DNA of 62,479 nt from positions 1 to 62,479 of the forward strand of contig VBBD01000007.1 in NCBI GenBank assembly GCA_005882895.1, written 5' to 3'. Source of the DNA: Candidatus Bathyarchaeota archaeon. Lineage in GTDB: Archaea; Thermoproteota; Bathyarchaeia; 40CM-2-53-6. Position numbers and translations under genes: made by a program. The notes under the pieces were generated by a model. It saw nothing but the letters and a program-made list of their open reading frames with translations. It did not search any database and was not told the DNA's origin. This document shows, piece by piece, positions 26,860-36,955 of this stretch (position 1 is its first letter; each line of letters begins with the position of its first letter).

Positions 26860-27948
26860 ATGAAGAACGACGCGTTACCCATAGAAGGAATAGATTACGT
26901 CGAGCTCTACGTTGGAAACGCGAAGCAGGCAAGTTACTTTTACAAAAACGGATTCGGCTTTTCACCGGTCGCCTACAGCGGACCTGAGACAGGAGTCAAA
27001 GACAAGACATCCTATCTCATGCAGCAAGGCGACATCCGACTTCTACTAACCTCCTCTCTCATCCCCGACCATCCAATCTCTAGGTACGTAATCACACATG
27101 GAGACGGTGTAGCCGATGTTGCCATGCGAGTCAAGGATGTTGACTGGACGTACAAGGAGGCAGTTCGACGCGGAGCTAAGGGAATACAAGCACCCAAGAT
27201 ACTCAAAGACGACAATGGAACGATCCGAGGCGCAGCCATCGCAGCTTACGGTGACACGGTTCACACGTTCATAGAGCGTCACGACTATCACGGAATATTC
27301 GCGCCAGGATACGTACCTTTCCAAGGGAAAGCTGAGCCAGTCGGATTGAAACACGTAGACCATGTCGTCGCTAACGTCGAAGAAGGAAAGATGGACTACT
27401 GGGTAGAATTCTACGGCAACGTTTTCGGTTTCACCCAGCTCATCAGCTTCGACGACAAAGACATCAGCACTGAGTACTCCGCCCTTCGCTCCAAGGTCAT
27501 GCGTAACCCCACCGGGACGGTCAAGTTCCCGATCAACGAGCCGGCAGCAGGGAAGAAAAAATCGCAGATACAAGAATACCTGGACTATTTCAAAGGAGCC
27601 GGGGTCCAACACCTCGCCATCTCCACAGAGGATCTCGTGGCCACTGTCGCAAGACTGGCAGAGCGGGGCATCGAATTCCTGCGCACACCCGACAGCTACT
27701 ACGCAGAGCTTCCTAAGCGCGTCGGAGGAATCTCGGAGAGGATAGATGATCTAAAACGTCTTGGCATACTGGTGGACAAGGATGAGAAGGGCTACATGCT
27801 CCAGATATTCACCAAACCCCTCCAAGACCGGCCCACACTGTTCTTCGAGCTGATCCAGCGGAAAGGAAGCGAGTCCTTTGGAAAAGGCAACTTCAAGGCC
27901 CTCTTCCAATCGATAGAAGCCGAACAGGCGAAACGGGGAAACCTCTAG
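26860..27948 (+). CDS. hppD: 4-hydroxyphenylpyruvate dioxygenase
   Basis: HGDGV, VDHVVANV, KFPINEP, SQIQEYL, GVQHLA, FFELIQRKG, FGKGNFKALF. Confidence 0.97.
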   Translation: MKNDALPIEGIDYVELYVGNAKQASYFYKNGFGFSPVAYSGPETGVKDKTSYLMQQGDIRLLLTSSLIPDHPISRYVITHGDGVADVAMRVKDVDWTYKEAVRRGAKGIQAPKILKDDNGTIRGAAIAAYGDTVHTFIERHDYHGIFAPGYVPFQGKAEPVGLKHVDHVVANVEEGKMDYWVEFYGNVFGFTQLISFDDKDISTEYSALRSKVMRNPTGTVKFPINEPAAGKKKSQIQEYLDYFKGAGVQHLAISTEDLVATVARLAERGIEFLRTPDSYYAELPKRVGGISERIDDLKRLGILVDKDEKGYMLQIFTKPLQDRPTLFFELIQRKGSESFGKGNFKALFQSIEAEQAKRGNL

Positions 27949-27954
27949 CCTCAG

Positions 27955-28965
27955 ATGAAACTGGTCGCCTACAGCACAAAGAAAGCGCCAACCAAGACTC
28001 GTACTGGGCTGCTGTGGGGAGAATGGATACTAGACATCGATCGAGTTACTAGCGTCGCTAAGAAGCTCAATATTCCCGCTCCACGATCAATTCGAAACCT
28101 ACCAGCAGCGGCCACCATCAAACAGATCTTATCGAGGAACCCCAAACTCCTGGATGACCTTCAATCCGTGTCGTGGCGGATCTTCAACAGAGTCCCGCCT
28201 GAGCACGTTCACCGATTTATGACTCGGACTGAAGATGCCAGGATTAAGACTCCGATTCCAGATCCTCCCACTCTACGAGATTTTTACGCATTCGAAGACC
28301 ACGTCAAGTCGGCCCGAGCGCGACGAGGCCTTCCTATGCCGCAAGAGTGGTACGAGTTTCCCGCCTTCTATTACTCCAACCCGCATGTGATCTATAGTCC
28401 TGAAGACGATCTGCCCTATCCATCCTACACCAAAACCCTCGACTACGAGCTTGAGGTTGCTTGCGTCATCGGACGCGGCGGAATTGACATACCTGAAACG
28501 GAAGCCGAAGCCCACATAGCGGGCTATACTATAATGAACGATTGGAGTGCGCGGGACGTGCAGGTAGGCGAGATGAAAATCGGTCTCGGCCCAGCTAAGG
28601 CCAAGGACTTTGCTACCTCTCTCGGACCCTGGCTCGTCACAGCTGACGAGCTGCAAGACAAGAAGACCGGGCCTGGCAGGTTCAATCTCAAGATGACCGC
28701 CAAAGTCAACAACAAACAACTATCATTGGGAAACATGGGGAAAATGCACTGGACCTTCCCCCAGATGATAGCTCGCGCGTCACAATCCGTTCAGCTTCAA
28801 CCCGGAGAGGTATTTGGATCTGGGACAGTCGGAACAGGGTCGCTCCTGGAGCTCGGACAGGATGTACATCCTTGGCTTAAACCTGGAGATGTCGTGGAGC
28901 TTGAGATCGAAAGACTGGGAGTGTTGAGAAACAAAGTTATACGCCCCGAGAAAAGGTCAGAGTGA
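27955..28965 (+). CDS. Fumarylacetoacetate hydrolase family protein
   Basis: RDFYAFEDH, LDYELEVA, NDWSARDVQ, KAKDF, GSGTVGTG; lies between hppD and hmgA. Confidence 0.92.
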   Translation: MKLVAYSTKKAPTKTRTGLLWGEWILDIDRVTSVAKKLNIPAPRSIRNLPAAATIKQILSRNPKLLDDLQSVSWRIFNRVPPEHVHRFMTRTEDARIKTPIPDPPTLRDFYAFEDHVKSARARRGLPMPQEWYEFPAFYYSNPHVIYSPEDDLPYPSYTKTLDYELEVACVIGRGGIDIPETEAEAHIAGYTIMNDWSARDVQVGEMKIGLGPAKAKDFATSLGPWLVTADELQDKKTGPGRFNLKMTAKVNNKQLSLGNMGKMHWTFPQMIARASQSVQLQPGEVFGSGTVGTGSLLELGQDVHPWLKPGDVVELEIERLGVLRNKVIRPEKRSE

Positions 28966-30137
28966 CCGAATTGCCCAGTTATTACAGCCTCGGCAAACTT
29001 CCAGCCAAGAGGCATACACAGTTCCGAAAGCCGGACGGCTCGTTGTACCAGGAAGAGGTTTTCGGGACAGAAGCATTCTCAGGCGTCTACTCAACCCTCT
29101 ATCACGTCAACCCTCCGACTAGAGTGTCTCACATCAAGAAGCTGAAAGAGCTGGCGATAACTCGCTGGCACCCCGACCTTCACCGTCATCATCACGTCCG
29201 CACCAAGAACTCGGAGCTGGCAAAGGACCCGGTTGAAGGACGCCAGCCCCTCTTCTACAATGATGATGTGTTCGTCTCAACCGTCCGACCCTCCCACGGC
29301 ATGGACTGGTTCTTCAGAAACGCCCAAGGAGACGAGTTATACTTCATCCATGAAGGAAGGGGAAGCTTGGAGTCTGTCTTCGGGATCTTACCCTTCCACG
29401 AGGGGGACTTCGTTATCGTCCCGCGAGGGACCACTTACAGAATAAGCCTCGATGGAAAAGACAATCGGTTCATGATAACCGAATCCGCTGGACCAATCGA
29501 GATTCCCAAACGATACAGAAACGATTACGGCCAGTTGGTAGAACTCGCGCCCTACGCGGACCGAGATTTCCGTCGGCCAGAGAAGCTCGTCCCACACAAC
29601 GACTCAGGAGAATTCGAAGTCCGGGTCAAGATCGACAACTCGTTAATGTCATACGTTTTCGACTACCACCCTATCGACGTTGTTGGATGGGACGGCTATC
29701 TCTACCCTTGGATCTTCAATGTCAGCGATTTCGAGCCCCTAACCGGCCGCGTCCACCAACCGCCACCGATCCATCAGACCTTCGAAGCGCCGGGGTTCGA
29801 CGTGTTATCGTTCGTCCCGCGAAAACTCGACTACCACCCTCAAGCAATACCCGTCCCATACAACCACAGCAACATCGACAGCGACGAGGTCCTCTACTAC
29901 GTCAGCGGAGACTTCAGCAGCCGCCGAGGAATCGAAGTAGGATCCTTCACACTCCACCGGAGAGGCGTACACCACGGACCACAACCAGGAGCCGTCGAAG
30001 CAAGCCTGGGAAAAGACTCTACTAATGAACTGGCAATTATGATCGAGACCAAGAAGCCGTTGAAGGTGACCTCGATCGCTGAGAAGCTGGACGATCCCAA
30101 CTATCCCTTCAGCTGGCAGACACCCGCCAAGAAATAG
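28962..30137 (+). CDS. hmgA: Homogentisate 1,2-dioxygenase
   Basis: RNAQGDE, VVGWDG, HQPPPIH, PYNHSNIDSDE, HHGPQPG, ELAIMIET. Confidence 0.95.
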   Translation: MTELPSYYSLGKLPAKRHTQFRKPDGSLYQEEVFGTEAFSGVYSTLYHVNPPTRVSHIKKLKELAITRWHPDLHRHHHVRTKNSELAKDPVEGRQPLFYNDDVFVSTVRPSHGMDWFFRNAQGDELYFIHEGRGSLESVFGILPFHEGDFVIVPRGTTYRISLDGKDNRFMITESAGPIEIPKRYRNDYGQLVELAPYADRDFRRPEKLVPHNDSGEFEVRVKIDNSLMSYVFDYHPIDVVGWDGYLYPWIFNVSDFEPLTGRVHQPPPIHQTFEAPGFDVLSFVPRKLDYHPQAIPVPYNHSNIDSDEVLYYVSGDFSSRRGIEVGSFTLHRRGVHHGPQPGAVEASLGKDSTNELAIMIETKKPLKVTSIAEKLDDPNYPFSWQTPAKK

Positions 30138-30173
30138 ACTGACGGTATTCTTCCAGACCGGAAGCCGACGCTC

Positions 30174-31280
30174 TTGTCTAGCGCGCAAGTCGTTAGCGGC
30201 GAGTATTCTTACCTGCCCATCGAGAGGGTCCACTTTGGACCCGGGTCAATTGCAAGGTTGGCCGAGGAACTCGACAAAATACGGTCAGACCGTCCGTTCG
30301 TCATAACAGGACAGACCATCGCCGAGAAAACAAGAATAGTAGACGCAGTCGAAAAGGCGTCAGGACGAAAGCTTGTCGGTGTCTTCTCCCGCATAAGACA
30401 GCACGCTCCGATAAGTGACATAAAACAAGCAATCAGTGAAGCACAAAGGGCAAGAGCTGACTCTCTTATCAGCCTTGGAGGCGGTAGCCCTATCGACTCG
30501 ACAAAGATCGCTGTCAAGGAGCTGTCAGAAAACTTCGCTAAACCCATCATTGCTCATCTCGCGATTCCTACAACACTCTCAGCCGCTGAATTCTCACACT
30601 CAGCTGGAATGACAGATGAGACCTCGAAGAGAAAGACCGGGATTCGGGATCCAAGGCTCGTTCCACGCTTCATCTTCCTCGACCCGAAAATCACAGTTGA
30701 TACTCCATCCTGGCTCTGGGCTTGTACCGGAATCCGAAGTCTCGACCATGCAGTCGAATCAGTCTACTCCCCCAAACACCAACCCTACGTTGACACTCTA
30801 GCACTCGAATCTATCAAGCTCCTTTTTCAAAACCTCAAATCTTCCACCAACAACCCGAGGGAGATTGGCCCTCGTCTAGCCTGTCAAATGGCAGCATGGA
30901 TGTCCTTCGCAGGCGTCCAAAGCGTCGGGACCGGATTAAGCCACGCAATAGGCCGCGTGATCGGTTCCACTTGGGACATCCCTCATGGTATCACATCCTG
31001 CTTGACACTTGCCGAGGTAATGAGGCACCAGGCTCGGAAACATCCAGACAGGCTTGCGTTGATTGCTCGGGCAGAAGGACAGGACCCGAAAGGCCTCAGC
31101 AAGAGCAAACAAGCCATGTCCGCACCTGAGCGAGTCGAAGAGTTAGTCAAAGACCTCAGACTGTCCAAAAGGCTCAGCGACTACGGCATCAAGAAGGATG
31201 ATCTCCCATCAATAGCAAAAGAAGCAGCAGGGCCGGAAGAATACTCGATGGCTCTGGAAGTTCTACAAGCGATATTCTAG
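30174..31280 (+). CDS. Iron-containing alcohol dehydrogenase family (maleylacetate reductase-like)
   Basis: GGGSPIDSTK, IPTTLSAAE, LDHAVE, GLSHAIG, IPHG. Confidence 0.85.
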   Translation: MSSAQVVSGEYSYLPIERVHFGPGSIARLAEELDKIRSDRPFVITGQTIAEKTRIVDAVEKASGRKLVGVFSRIRQHAPISDIKQAISEAQRARADSLISLGGGSPIDSTKIAVKELSENFAKPIIAHLAIPTTLSAAEFSHSAGMTDETSKRKTGIRDPRLVPRFIFLDPKITVDTPSWLWACTGIRSLDHAVESVYSPKHQPYVDTLALESIKLLFQNLKSSTNNPREIGPRLACQMAAWMSFAGVQSVGTGLSHAIGRVIGSTWDIPHGITSCLTLAEVMRHQARKHPDRLALIARAEGQDPKGLSKSKQAMSAPERVEELVKDLRLSKRLSDYGIKKDDLPSIAKEAAGPEEYSMALEVLQAIF

Positions 31281-31359
31281 ACATCATTAGGTGAAAGACT
31301 TAACCCAAGAAACTCCGACAACCCAGTCTCGCTCTCACAAGAGATCGGGTTCGGACAAG

Positions 31360-32211
31360 ATGCCAGGGCTAACCGAAAAGCTGCTCTACCGGGTCGCAAA
31401 GCGATGGATAGCGGGATACACCCTCGAAGACGCGATCAGAGTTGCCCACGACGCCAACAATCGAAAGCTCAGAGTAATCCTCAACCGGCTGGGCGAACAC
31501 ACTCCTGACGAGAAGCTGATTCAAGGCTACACAGAAGAGTACCTCAAACTTCTCGACCGGATACAAGAAGAGAAAATAGAGGGCACGATCTCCGTAAAAC
31601 CATCTCAGCTCGGACTTGCCGCAAGTTCTGCCCTCTACAATACGAACCTTCTACGGATCATAGAGAGAGCCGAAACTTATGACGAGTTTGTCTGGATAGA
31701 CATGGAAAACTCACCGTACACCCAAGGGACGCTAAAGACGTACAGGGAAATTCTTCCAGGTCATCGGCAATTGGGAGTCTGTTTGCAGGCAAACATGAAA
31801 CGAACCGAGTCTGATCTCAAAGACCTCATTTCTCGCGGAGGAATAATCCGCTTAGTGAAAGGTGCCTATCCTGAGACCGGAGAGTTGGTTTACAAGAAGA
31901 GAAGCGATGTTGATGCGAACTATGTCAGGCTCATGACCATGCTCTTTGAGGGAGGAGGTCGGTTCGCAATCGGGACCCACGATGGAAAGCTCATTGACAA
32001 GGCAAGAGAACTTTCAAAAGAACAGAAACGAGACTTCGAGTTTCAAATGTTGAAGGGTATCAGGGATGACATCAAGCCAACTTTGATCGAGGAAGGATAC
32101 CGAGTAAGCGAGTACATTCCCTATGGACCAGAATGGTACAACTACAGCAAAAGAAGGATGCGCGAGCGAAAGCGGAACATTCTACTCCTGCTACGATCCA
32201 TTACCGGCTAG
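31360..32211 (+). CDS. Monofunctional proline dehydrogenase
   Basis: SVKPSQLG, IDMENS, RLVKGAYPE, GTHD, FQMLKGIR, YIPYG. Confidence 0.93.
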   Translation: MPGLTEKLLYRVAKRWIAGYTLEDAIRVAHDANNRKLRVILNRLGEHTPDEKLIQGYTEEYLKLLDRIQEEKIEGTISVKPSQLGLAASSALYNTNLLRIIERAETYDEFVWIDMENSPYTQGTLKTYREILPGHRQLGVCLQANMKRTESDLKDLISRGGIIRLVKGAYPETGELVYKKRSDVDANYVRLMTMLFEGGGRFAIGTHDGKLIDKARELSKEQKRDFEFQMLKGIRDDIKPTLIEEGYRVSEYIPYGPEWYNYSKRRMRERKRNILLLLRSITG

Positions 32212-32277
32212 ACCAAACCGGGAAAACGGAGCAGAGCTTATCTACAGTTTCAGACTGCCCGCTGAACATTCCGTGAG

Positions 32278-32472
32278 ATGAAGCTGAGAGACGGAGGATT
32301 GGTCGTTACGGATCAAGTGGACAAGAACTTCATCGCTGATCTTCTAGTACTACTCGTCATCCTCGTAGTTGTTGTCGGAGGCTTCGCCTTTCTCCACTCC
32401 CCATCAATCCTTCTCGGCGGAGGACTGGCACTAGTCGTCGCCGTCGCTGCCGAATTTGCCTGGTCTCGTTGA
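32278..32472 (+). CDS. Small 2-TM hypothetical protein
   Basis: Two hydrophobic helices; GGAGG within the first codons suggests a slightly later start. Confidence 0.5.
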   Translation: MKLRDGGLVVTDQVDKNFIADLLVLLVILVVVVGGFAFLHSPSILLGGGLALVVAVAAEFAWSR

Positions 32473-33036
32473 CGCTCCCGCGACTCTTGCAGCCCTCTTC
32501 CTAGCCCTTAATCTCCTCGCTTGTCTTTCCCGCTTCTTCTTGGAAACTCTCTCCCGCCTCATTCGGGATCGAAGAGAAACAAAGAGCTTTCTCACTTCCC
32601 CAGCGTAGGAGTCCTTTGGACCTTTAATGTGTCTGTCAGCGAAGACAGCGCAGAAGAGGCCAACCCAAGCGATCCAAAGCGGAGGTCCATAATTGCTCGA
32701 TGCTAGAGCGGGTACCGTGGTCAAAAGGTCGACCAGTCCGAACGTTGTTCCGAATCCAACGAGTTCCTTTCCTAGCCTCAGATGGTTTGCATAGCACAGG
32801 ACGCCACCCAGAAGGATCGTGACTCCCCCGATCTGCACGAGTATTGAGAGAATGCCAGCTAGTACCCAGAATACAGTCACGCCGTTTCCAGAAAGGCTCG
32901 TAAATAGAGCAGCCCACGGGTTCGATGCATTGCCTGGCACTAGGTTCGATAGGACCGGCCTCGTCAAGGTGAGAATAACGCCGGCTACCATGGCAAGGGC
33001 GCTGGAGTATCTGTTGTCGATGTTTACAAATGCCAT
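32431..33036 (-). CDS. Hypothetical membrane protein with Arg/Lys-rich C-terminal tail
   Basis: About 4 TM segments; ATG start; same direction as the DUF309 gene. Confidence 0.65.
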   Translation of the reverse strand: MAFVNIDNRYSSALAMVAGVILTLTRPVLSNLVPGNASNPWAALFTSLSGNGVTVFWVLAGILSILVQIGGVTILLGGVLCYANHLRLGKELVGFGTTFGLVDLLTTVPALASSNYGPPLWIAWVGLFCAVFADRHIKGPKDSYAGEVRKLFVSLRSRMRRERVSKKKRERQARRLRARKRAARVAGASTRPGKFGSDGDD

Positions 33037-33091
33037 GGAAGCGTCTCCTCAGTTCCGCTTGGATTCTTCCGCTAAAAGGGTACAGATACCC

Positions 33092-33715
33092 TCACGGGGG
33101 TTGTGCGTGGGTTTTCGTTTTGACCCATTCGATCCGGAGCAACGCGGGCATGTTGTCGCTGAGGATTTGCTCAATACCGGTTCTCAGGCGTTGGATGTCA
33201 AGGCCCTTGAAACTGTCGAGGGCGGCTAGCTTTTTCATAGCTCTTCCAAGAATTGAGACGCAAACGGCCTTTTCGTTTTTCTGGTAATGAACGAGCGCTG
33301 CAGCCGTCAGGATCAGGCCCTGAATGATGTCTCGTTCAACGCCCGTTGCGGGATGCCAGATCTCCTCTAGGACTTCGTGCGCTTCCCAGAATCTCTCCTG
33401 ATTGAACAAATCGATTCCTTCTCGTAGCGTTTCTCGATCCCCTCTCGGTGAGGCACGGGATTCAATGGGTCTGAGAGTTACCACCTTAGAGATCTTGGCT
33501 TCTAGGAGGCTTTTGGATCTGTTGATGTCGGTTTGCTCTGCGAAAAGGTCGAACTCGATCGCGCTCGTGCTTATTCTGAGGTTGCCGATCTTATCTGCGG
33601 AGCCCAACAATTCTCGAATCCTCGCCTGAAGCACCTCGACGTCTCTGGGCGTGTAGCCCTGGCTGTTAGCCAGCCTCACGAGATATCTCATCATTGTCCT
33701 CCCTGTCTCGGACAA
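33092..33715 (-). CDS. DUF309 domain protein
   Basis: LFNQERFWEAHEVLEEIW, QGLILTAAALVH. Confidence 0.85.
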   Translation of the reverse strand: MSETGRTMMRYLVRLANSQGYTPRDVEVLQARIRELLGSADKIGNLRISTSAIEFDLFAEQTDINRSKSLLEAKISKVVTLRPIESRASPRGDRETLREGIDLFNQERFWEAHEVLEEIWHPATGVERDIIQGLILTAAALVHYQKNEKAVCVSILGRAMKKLAALDSFKGLDIQRLRTGIEQILSDNMPALLRIEWVKTKTHAQPP

Positions 33716-33721
33716 TCCGTA

Positions 33722-34666
33722 CTATGCGAACGCTTGTTCGCGGAGGAACTTGATACGAAGAAGTTCCTCACCTGTTAGCGAAGGTGATTCAGAGGAAGCG
33801 AAGTCCTCATCCACCTGCTCCCGAGTCTTCGTTCCCGGGATCACTGTCGATATGTCTTTGTGGTCTAGGACGAACTTTAGTGCGGCCTGTGCGAGGGTTC
33901 GCTTATTCGATTCCAGGAACCGCAATCGATCGGCTGCCAATGTGAGTTGCGAGATATAGTCGAGAGGAAAGTTGTGCCGAATGTCTCCTTGGGGGAAGGT
34001 GGATTCCGCCTTGAGTTTGCCGGCAAGGAATCCGTTCGCTAATGGTTCTCGAGCGATGATTCCGACATTATTCTTTGTCGCCTCTCGAAAGAGCTGGTTC
34101 TTGGCCTCCTGTCGTAGGATGTTGAATGCGACTTGAATGGCTCCTAGTTCGCCTGCTCTCATTGCCAGAAGCCCTTCTTGAGGATCGTGAATCGAAATCC
34201 CATAGTGCCTGATTTTTCCCGAGGCTTTGAGCCTGTCAAGGATCTTGAAGACCCTACTGTCTTTGATCATTTGGATTGGGGGGTTGTGGAGCTGGTAGAG
34301 GTCAATGTAGTTAGTGCCCAATCGTTCACAGCTTTTCCCTAGGGCAAACTCTAGATAGTCAGAGTTGAAATTCATTCGAGGAGTTCCATGATAAAAGTCA
34401 CCACCTACCTTGGTGGCGATGATGACCTCTGATCGGTGTCCCCTTAGGGCTTGGCCAAGCAGCTCCTCGCTGTGTCCGTGACCGTAGACGTCGGCTGTAT
34501 CGAAGAAGTTGCATCCCAGCTCTAACGCCCTTCCGATCGCTGATAGGGATTGTTTATCGTCGGTAGGCCCGTAACTGTTTCCATGAGCGTTGCCTCCAAT
34601 TGCCCAGGCACCGAAGCCTACTTCGCTGACCTTGAGTACTGTCTTGCCTAGAACTCTGTACTTCAT
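33722..34666 (-). CDS. Aldo/keto reductase
   Basis: FFDTADVYG, IATKVG, IDLYQLHNP, EPLANGFL, VIPG. Confidence 0.94.
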   Translation of the reverse strand: MKYRVLGKTVLKVSEVGFGAWAIGGNAHGNSYGPTDDKQSLSAIGRALELGCNFFDTADVYGHGHSEELLGQALRGHRSEVIIATKVGGDFYHGTPRMNFNSDYLEFALGKSCERLGTNYIDLYQLHNPPIQMIKDSRVFKILDRLKASGKIRHYGISIHDPQEGLLAMRAGELGAIQVAFNILRQEAKNQLFREATKNNVGIIAREPLANGFLAGKLKAESTFPQGDIRHNFPLDYISQLTLAADRLRFLESNKRTLAQAALKFVLDHKDISTVIPGTKTREQVDEDFASSESPSLTGEELLRIKFLREQAFA

Positions 34667-35111
34667 CCGAGCTTTCCTAGAGTGGCACGGTTTGTGGTGA
34701 ATACATTAACCTTGAACGAGTCCGGACAACGAAGGCTGTCCCGTCCCTCCGTGGCTTGACCCGCGACAAGCATTGGGATGCAGCATATCCCTTGGAAGGC
34801 CAATCTGGCCGTCCAAGAACAGACGTGCTTCTCCAATCAATCTTTCCACCTAACTTTCCTTCTTAGCAAATCTTTTTTTTCTGTAACTATTCTTTTTCGG
34901 TAACTAGTCTATGACCCCCGGGGTGGTCGATTTTCCCGCGCCCCGCCCTTCACGAAACACCATTTCTAGACCTGTGAGAGCCTCCGGAATCGGCATAAGG
35001 ACGCTTTGCAGAATCTTTGCCGTGATTGTGCATCGAAGTGCGTCATGCACAGGCTCGGGGGTTACAGTTCGTTGATAGTCTACAAGCGTAGGTTACCTGT
35101 AAGGATGAACT

Positions 35112-35465
35112 TTGGCAGTAAATTCTGCACCAAAGCCTACAGCTGCCTTTGCGCTGTCAGCGCTCGCAGGGCTAATCACCCTGATCAGTGCCTTCATCGC
35201 TACCACAGTCAGCTCCCTGCTGATACCAGGAATCGACTCGACTATGATCCTGGTATGGGGTAGCATCGCAGGCATACTGACGCTCGTCGGATCTTGGCTG
35301 CTGTACAACAACGCGGCTCAGAGGAAAATAGGGTCAATACTCGTGCTCGTCTTCTCGGTAATATCACTGAACTTTGTCGGATTGATCCTAGGCCTCATCG
35401 GAGGATTCCTCGGATACACCTTCAAGGGTGCATCCGTAACCACATCCAACACCTCAGGCCGCTAG
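35112..35465 (+). CDS. Small membrane protein of unknown function
   Basis: KPTAAFALS...GLILGLIGGFLG; 3-4 TM. Confidence 0.7.
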   Translation: MAVNSAPKPTAAFALSALAGLITLISAFIATTVSSLLIPGIDSTMILVWGSIAGILTLVGSWLLYNNAAQRKIGSILVLVFSVISLNFVGLILGLIGGFLGYTFKGASVTTSNTSGR

Positions 35466-35582
35466 CCTCAATCCGCCCTAGGCAAAGGGCGGACCCCTTT
35501 CTTTGTCAACAAAAAAACAGCCGCAGACGAGAGACGATTCTATAATCCTTAAATCAGCTACGAGCAGATACCAACCGTAGCC

Positions 35583-36887
35583 TTGACCAGCACGGTCAGC
35601 CTCTCCGTTCTAGACCAATTCGGTGGCAGCAAACTCCTATCACCCGAAAAGATCCGATGGATAAAACCAACACCCCTGCCGACAAAGCCGGTCGAACTCG
35701 CCTTCCGCGAAGCCTTAGCAGCCCCGATAGGCGCGAAACCCTTCGAGAGAGAAAAGTGCTGGAGCCCCGCCATCATCTTCTCCGACTTCACACGAAAACA
35801 CTCACCCTTCATCTCACAACTCATCAACATGATAGAACCAAAAACCGATGATATCAAAATCATCTGCGCCGGAGGAACCCACGTTCCATCCGAGCCAGAC
35901 TTCATCAAGAAAGTAGTCGGGGAAGACATCTACAAACGCTACCAGAAGAACATCAGAGTAAGCTCGGTGAAAAACCCCGCGAGCAAGTACGAGTGGATCG
36001 GAGTCACGAGCAGAGGCACCCCCGTCGAGCTAAACAAGGAACTATTCGATAGAGACCTTCTAATCTCAACCCTCAACGTTCAACCACACTATTTCGCAGG
36101 CTACGAGGGAGGGGCGAAAGCGCTCCTCCCCGGCTGCTCAGGACTCAAGACCATAACCATCAATCACGGATACGTAATCGGAAACCCGAACTGCAGAGAG
36201 CTCGCGATCAAAGGCAACCCCACGAGGGAGGACATGAACGAGGTACCTGGTGTTCTCCGGGAGTTCATGAAGATAGAGCATCGAATCCTCGATTTCGTCC
36301 TCAACCAAGACGGGACACTGGTCAAAGCGGCTTATGGAGATCCCAACCTTGCACACCAACAACTCGCCGAGAACTATTCCCGCAGAGCCCACTCCGTCAC
36401 CTCACGCCCATCAGCCCTTGTTGTCACGGTTGCAGACGGACCCGCCGGAACGAACCTGTACCAGGCCCTCAAGGCCGCAACCTTCGGCGCGGGCCTCGTG
36501 AATCCCTCACACCAGCCCAAGTCCACGGTAATGTTGCTTGCCTCGCTTGAAACGGGAATAGGAGGAGACGCGTTCAAGGCCGAGATGGAAACCTACGGCA
36601 AGATGGAACCCGAGATGGTAATCGAGGACTTGAAGAAGCGAGTTAAGCTTGGAAAGGTCACAGAGGCCTCGCAGAAGCCGAACCGCTTCTCCTTGGACGA
36701 CAAGAAGACAGACTTCATCGTGGTCTCACCTAAAGCGCCTGCCCCAGTTGAAGAGCTCTTGAACAAGACGAGGGTCAAATTCTTCAGATCAATAGACGAC
36801 GCGCTGAGAACCCTCGACCAGAAGCTGTACGAGAAGGATGTTGCGGTGATTCCCTATGGCTCATCCACCGTTCCAGTAGCCTCATAG
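35583..36887 (+). CDS. LarA (nickel-pincer lactate racemase) family protein
   Basis: SDFTR, GGTH, GVTSRGTPV, PHYFAGYEGGAK, GNPTREDM, NLYQALKA. Confidence 0.85.
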   Translation: MTSTVSLSVLDQFGGSKLLSPEKIRWIKPTPLPTKPVELAFREALAAPIGAKPFEREKCWSPAIIFSDFTRKHSPFISQLINMIEPKTDDIKIICAGGTHVPSEPDFIKKVVGEDIYKRYQKNIRVSSVKNPASKYEWIGVTSRGTPVELNKELFDRDLLISTLNVQPHYFAGYEGGAKALLPGCSGLKTITINHGYVIGNPNCRELAIKGNPTREDMNEVPGVLREFMKIEHRILDFVLNQDGTLVKAAYGDPNLAHQQLAENYSRRAHSVTSRPSALVVTVADGPAGTNLYQALKAATFGAGLVNPSHQPKSTVMLLASLETGIGGDAFKAEMETYGKMEPEMVIEDLKKRVKLGKVTEASQKPNRFSLDDKKTDFIVVSPKAPAPVEELLNKTRVKFFRSIDDALRTLDQKLYEKDVAVIPYGSSTVPVAS

Positions 36888-36955
36888 GAAGAGCCCAACC
36901 ACGACAGCGCACTAGACCAACTAGGTTTAACCGCAACCTATCAACCCGATTTTTT

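Noticed and set aside
34840-34960. Replication origin in the AT-rich gap
   Set aside because: No ORB consensus repeats and no adjacent cdc6/orc1
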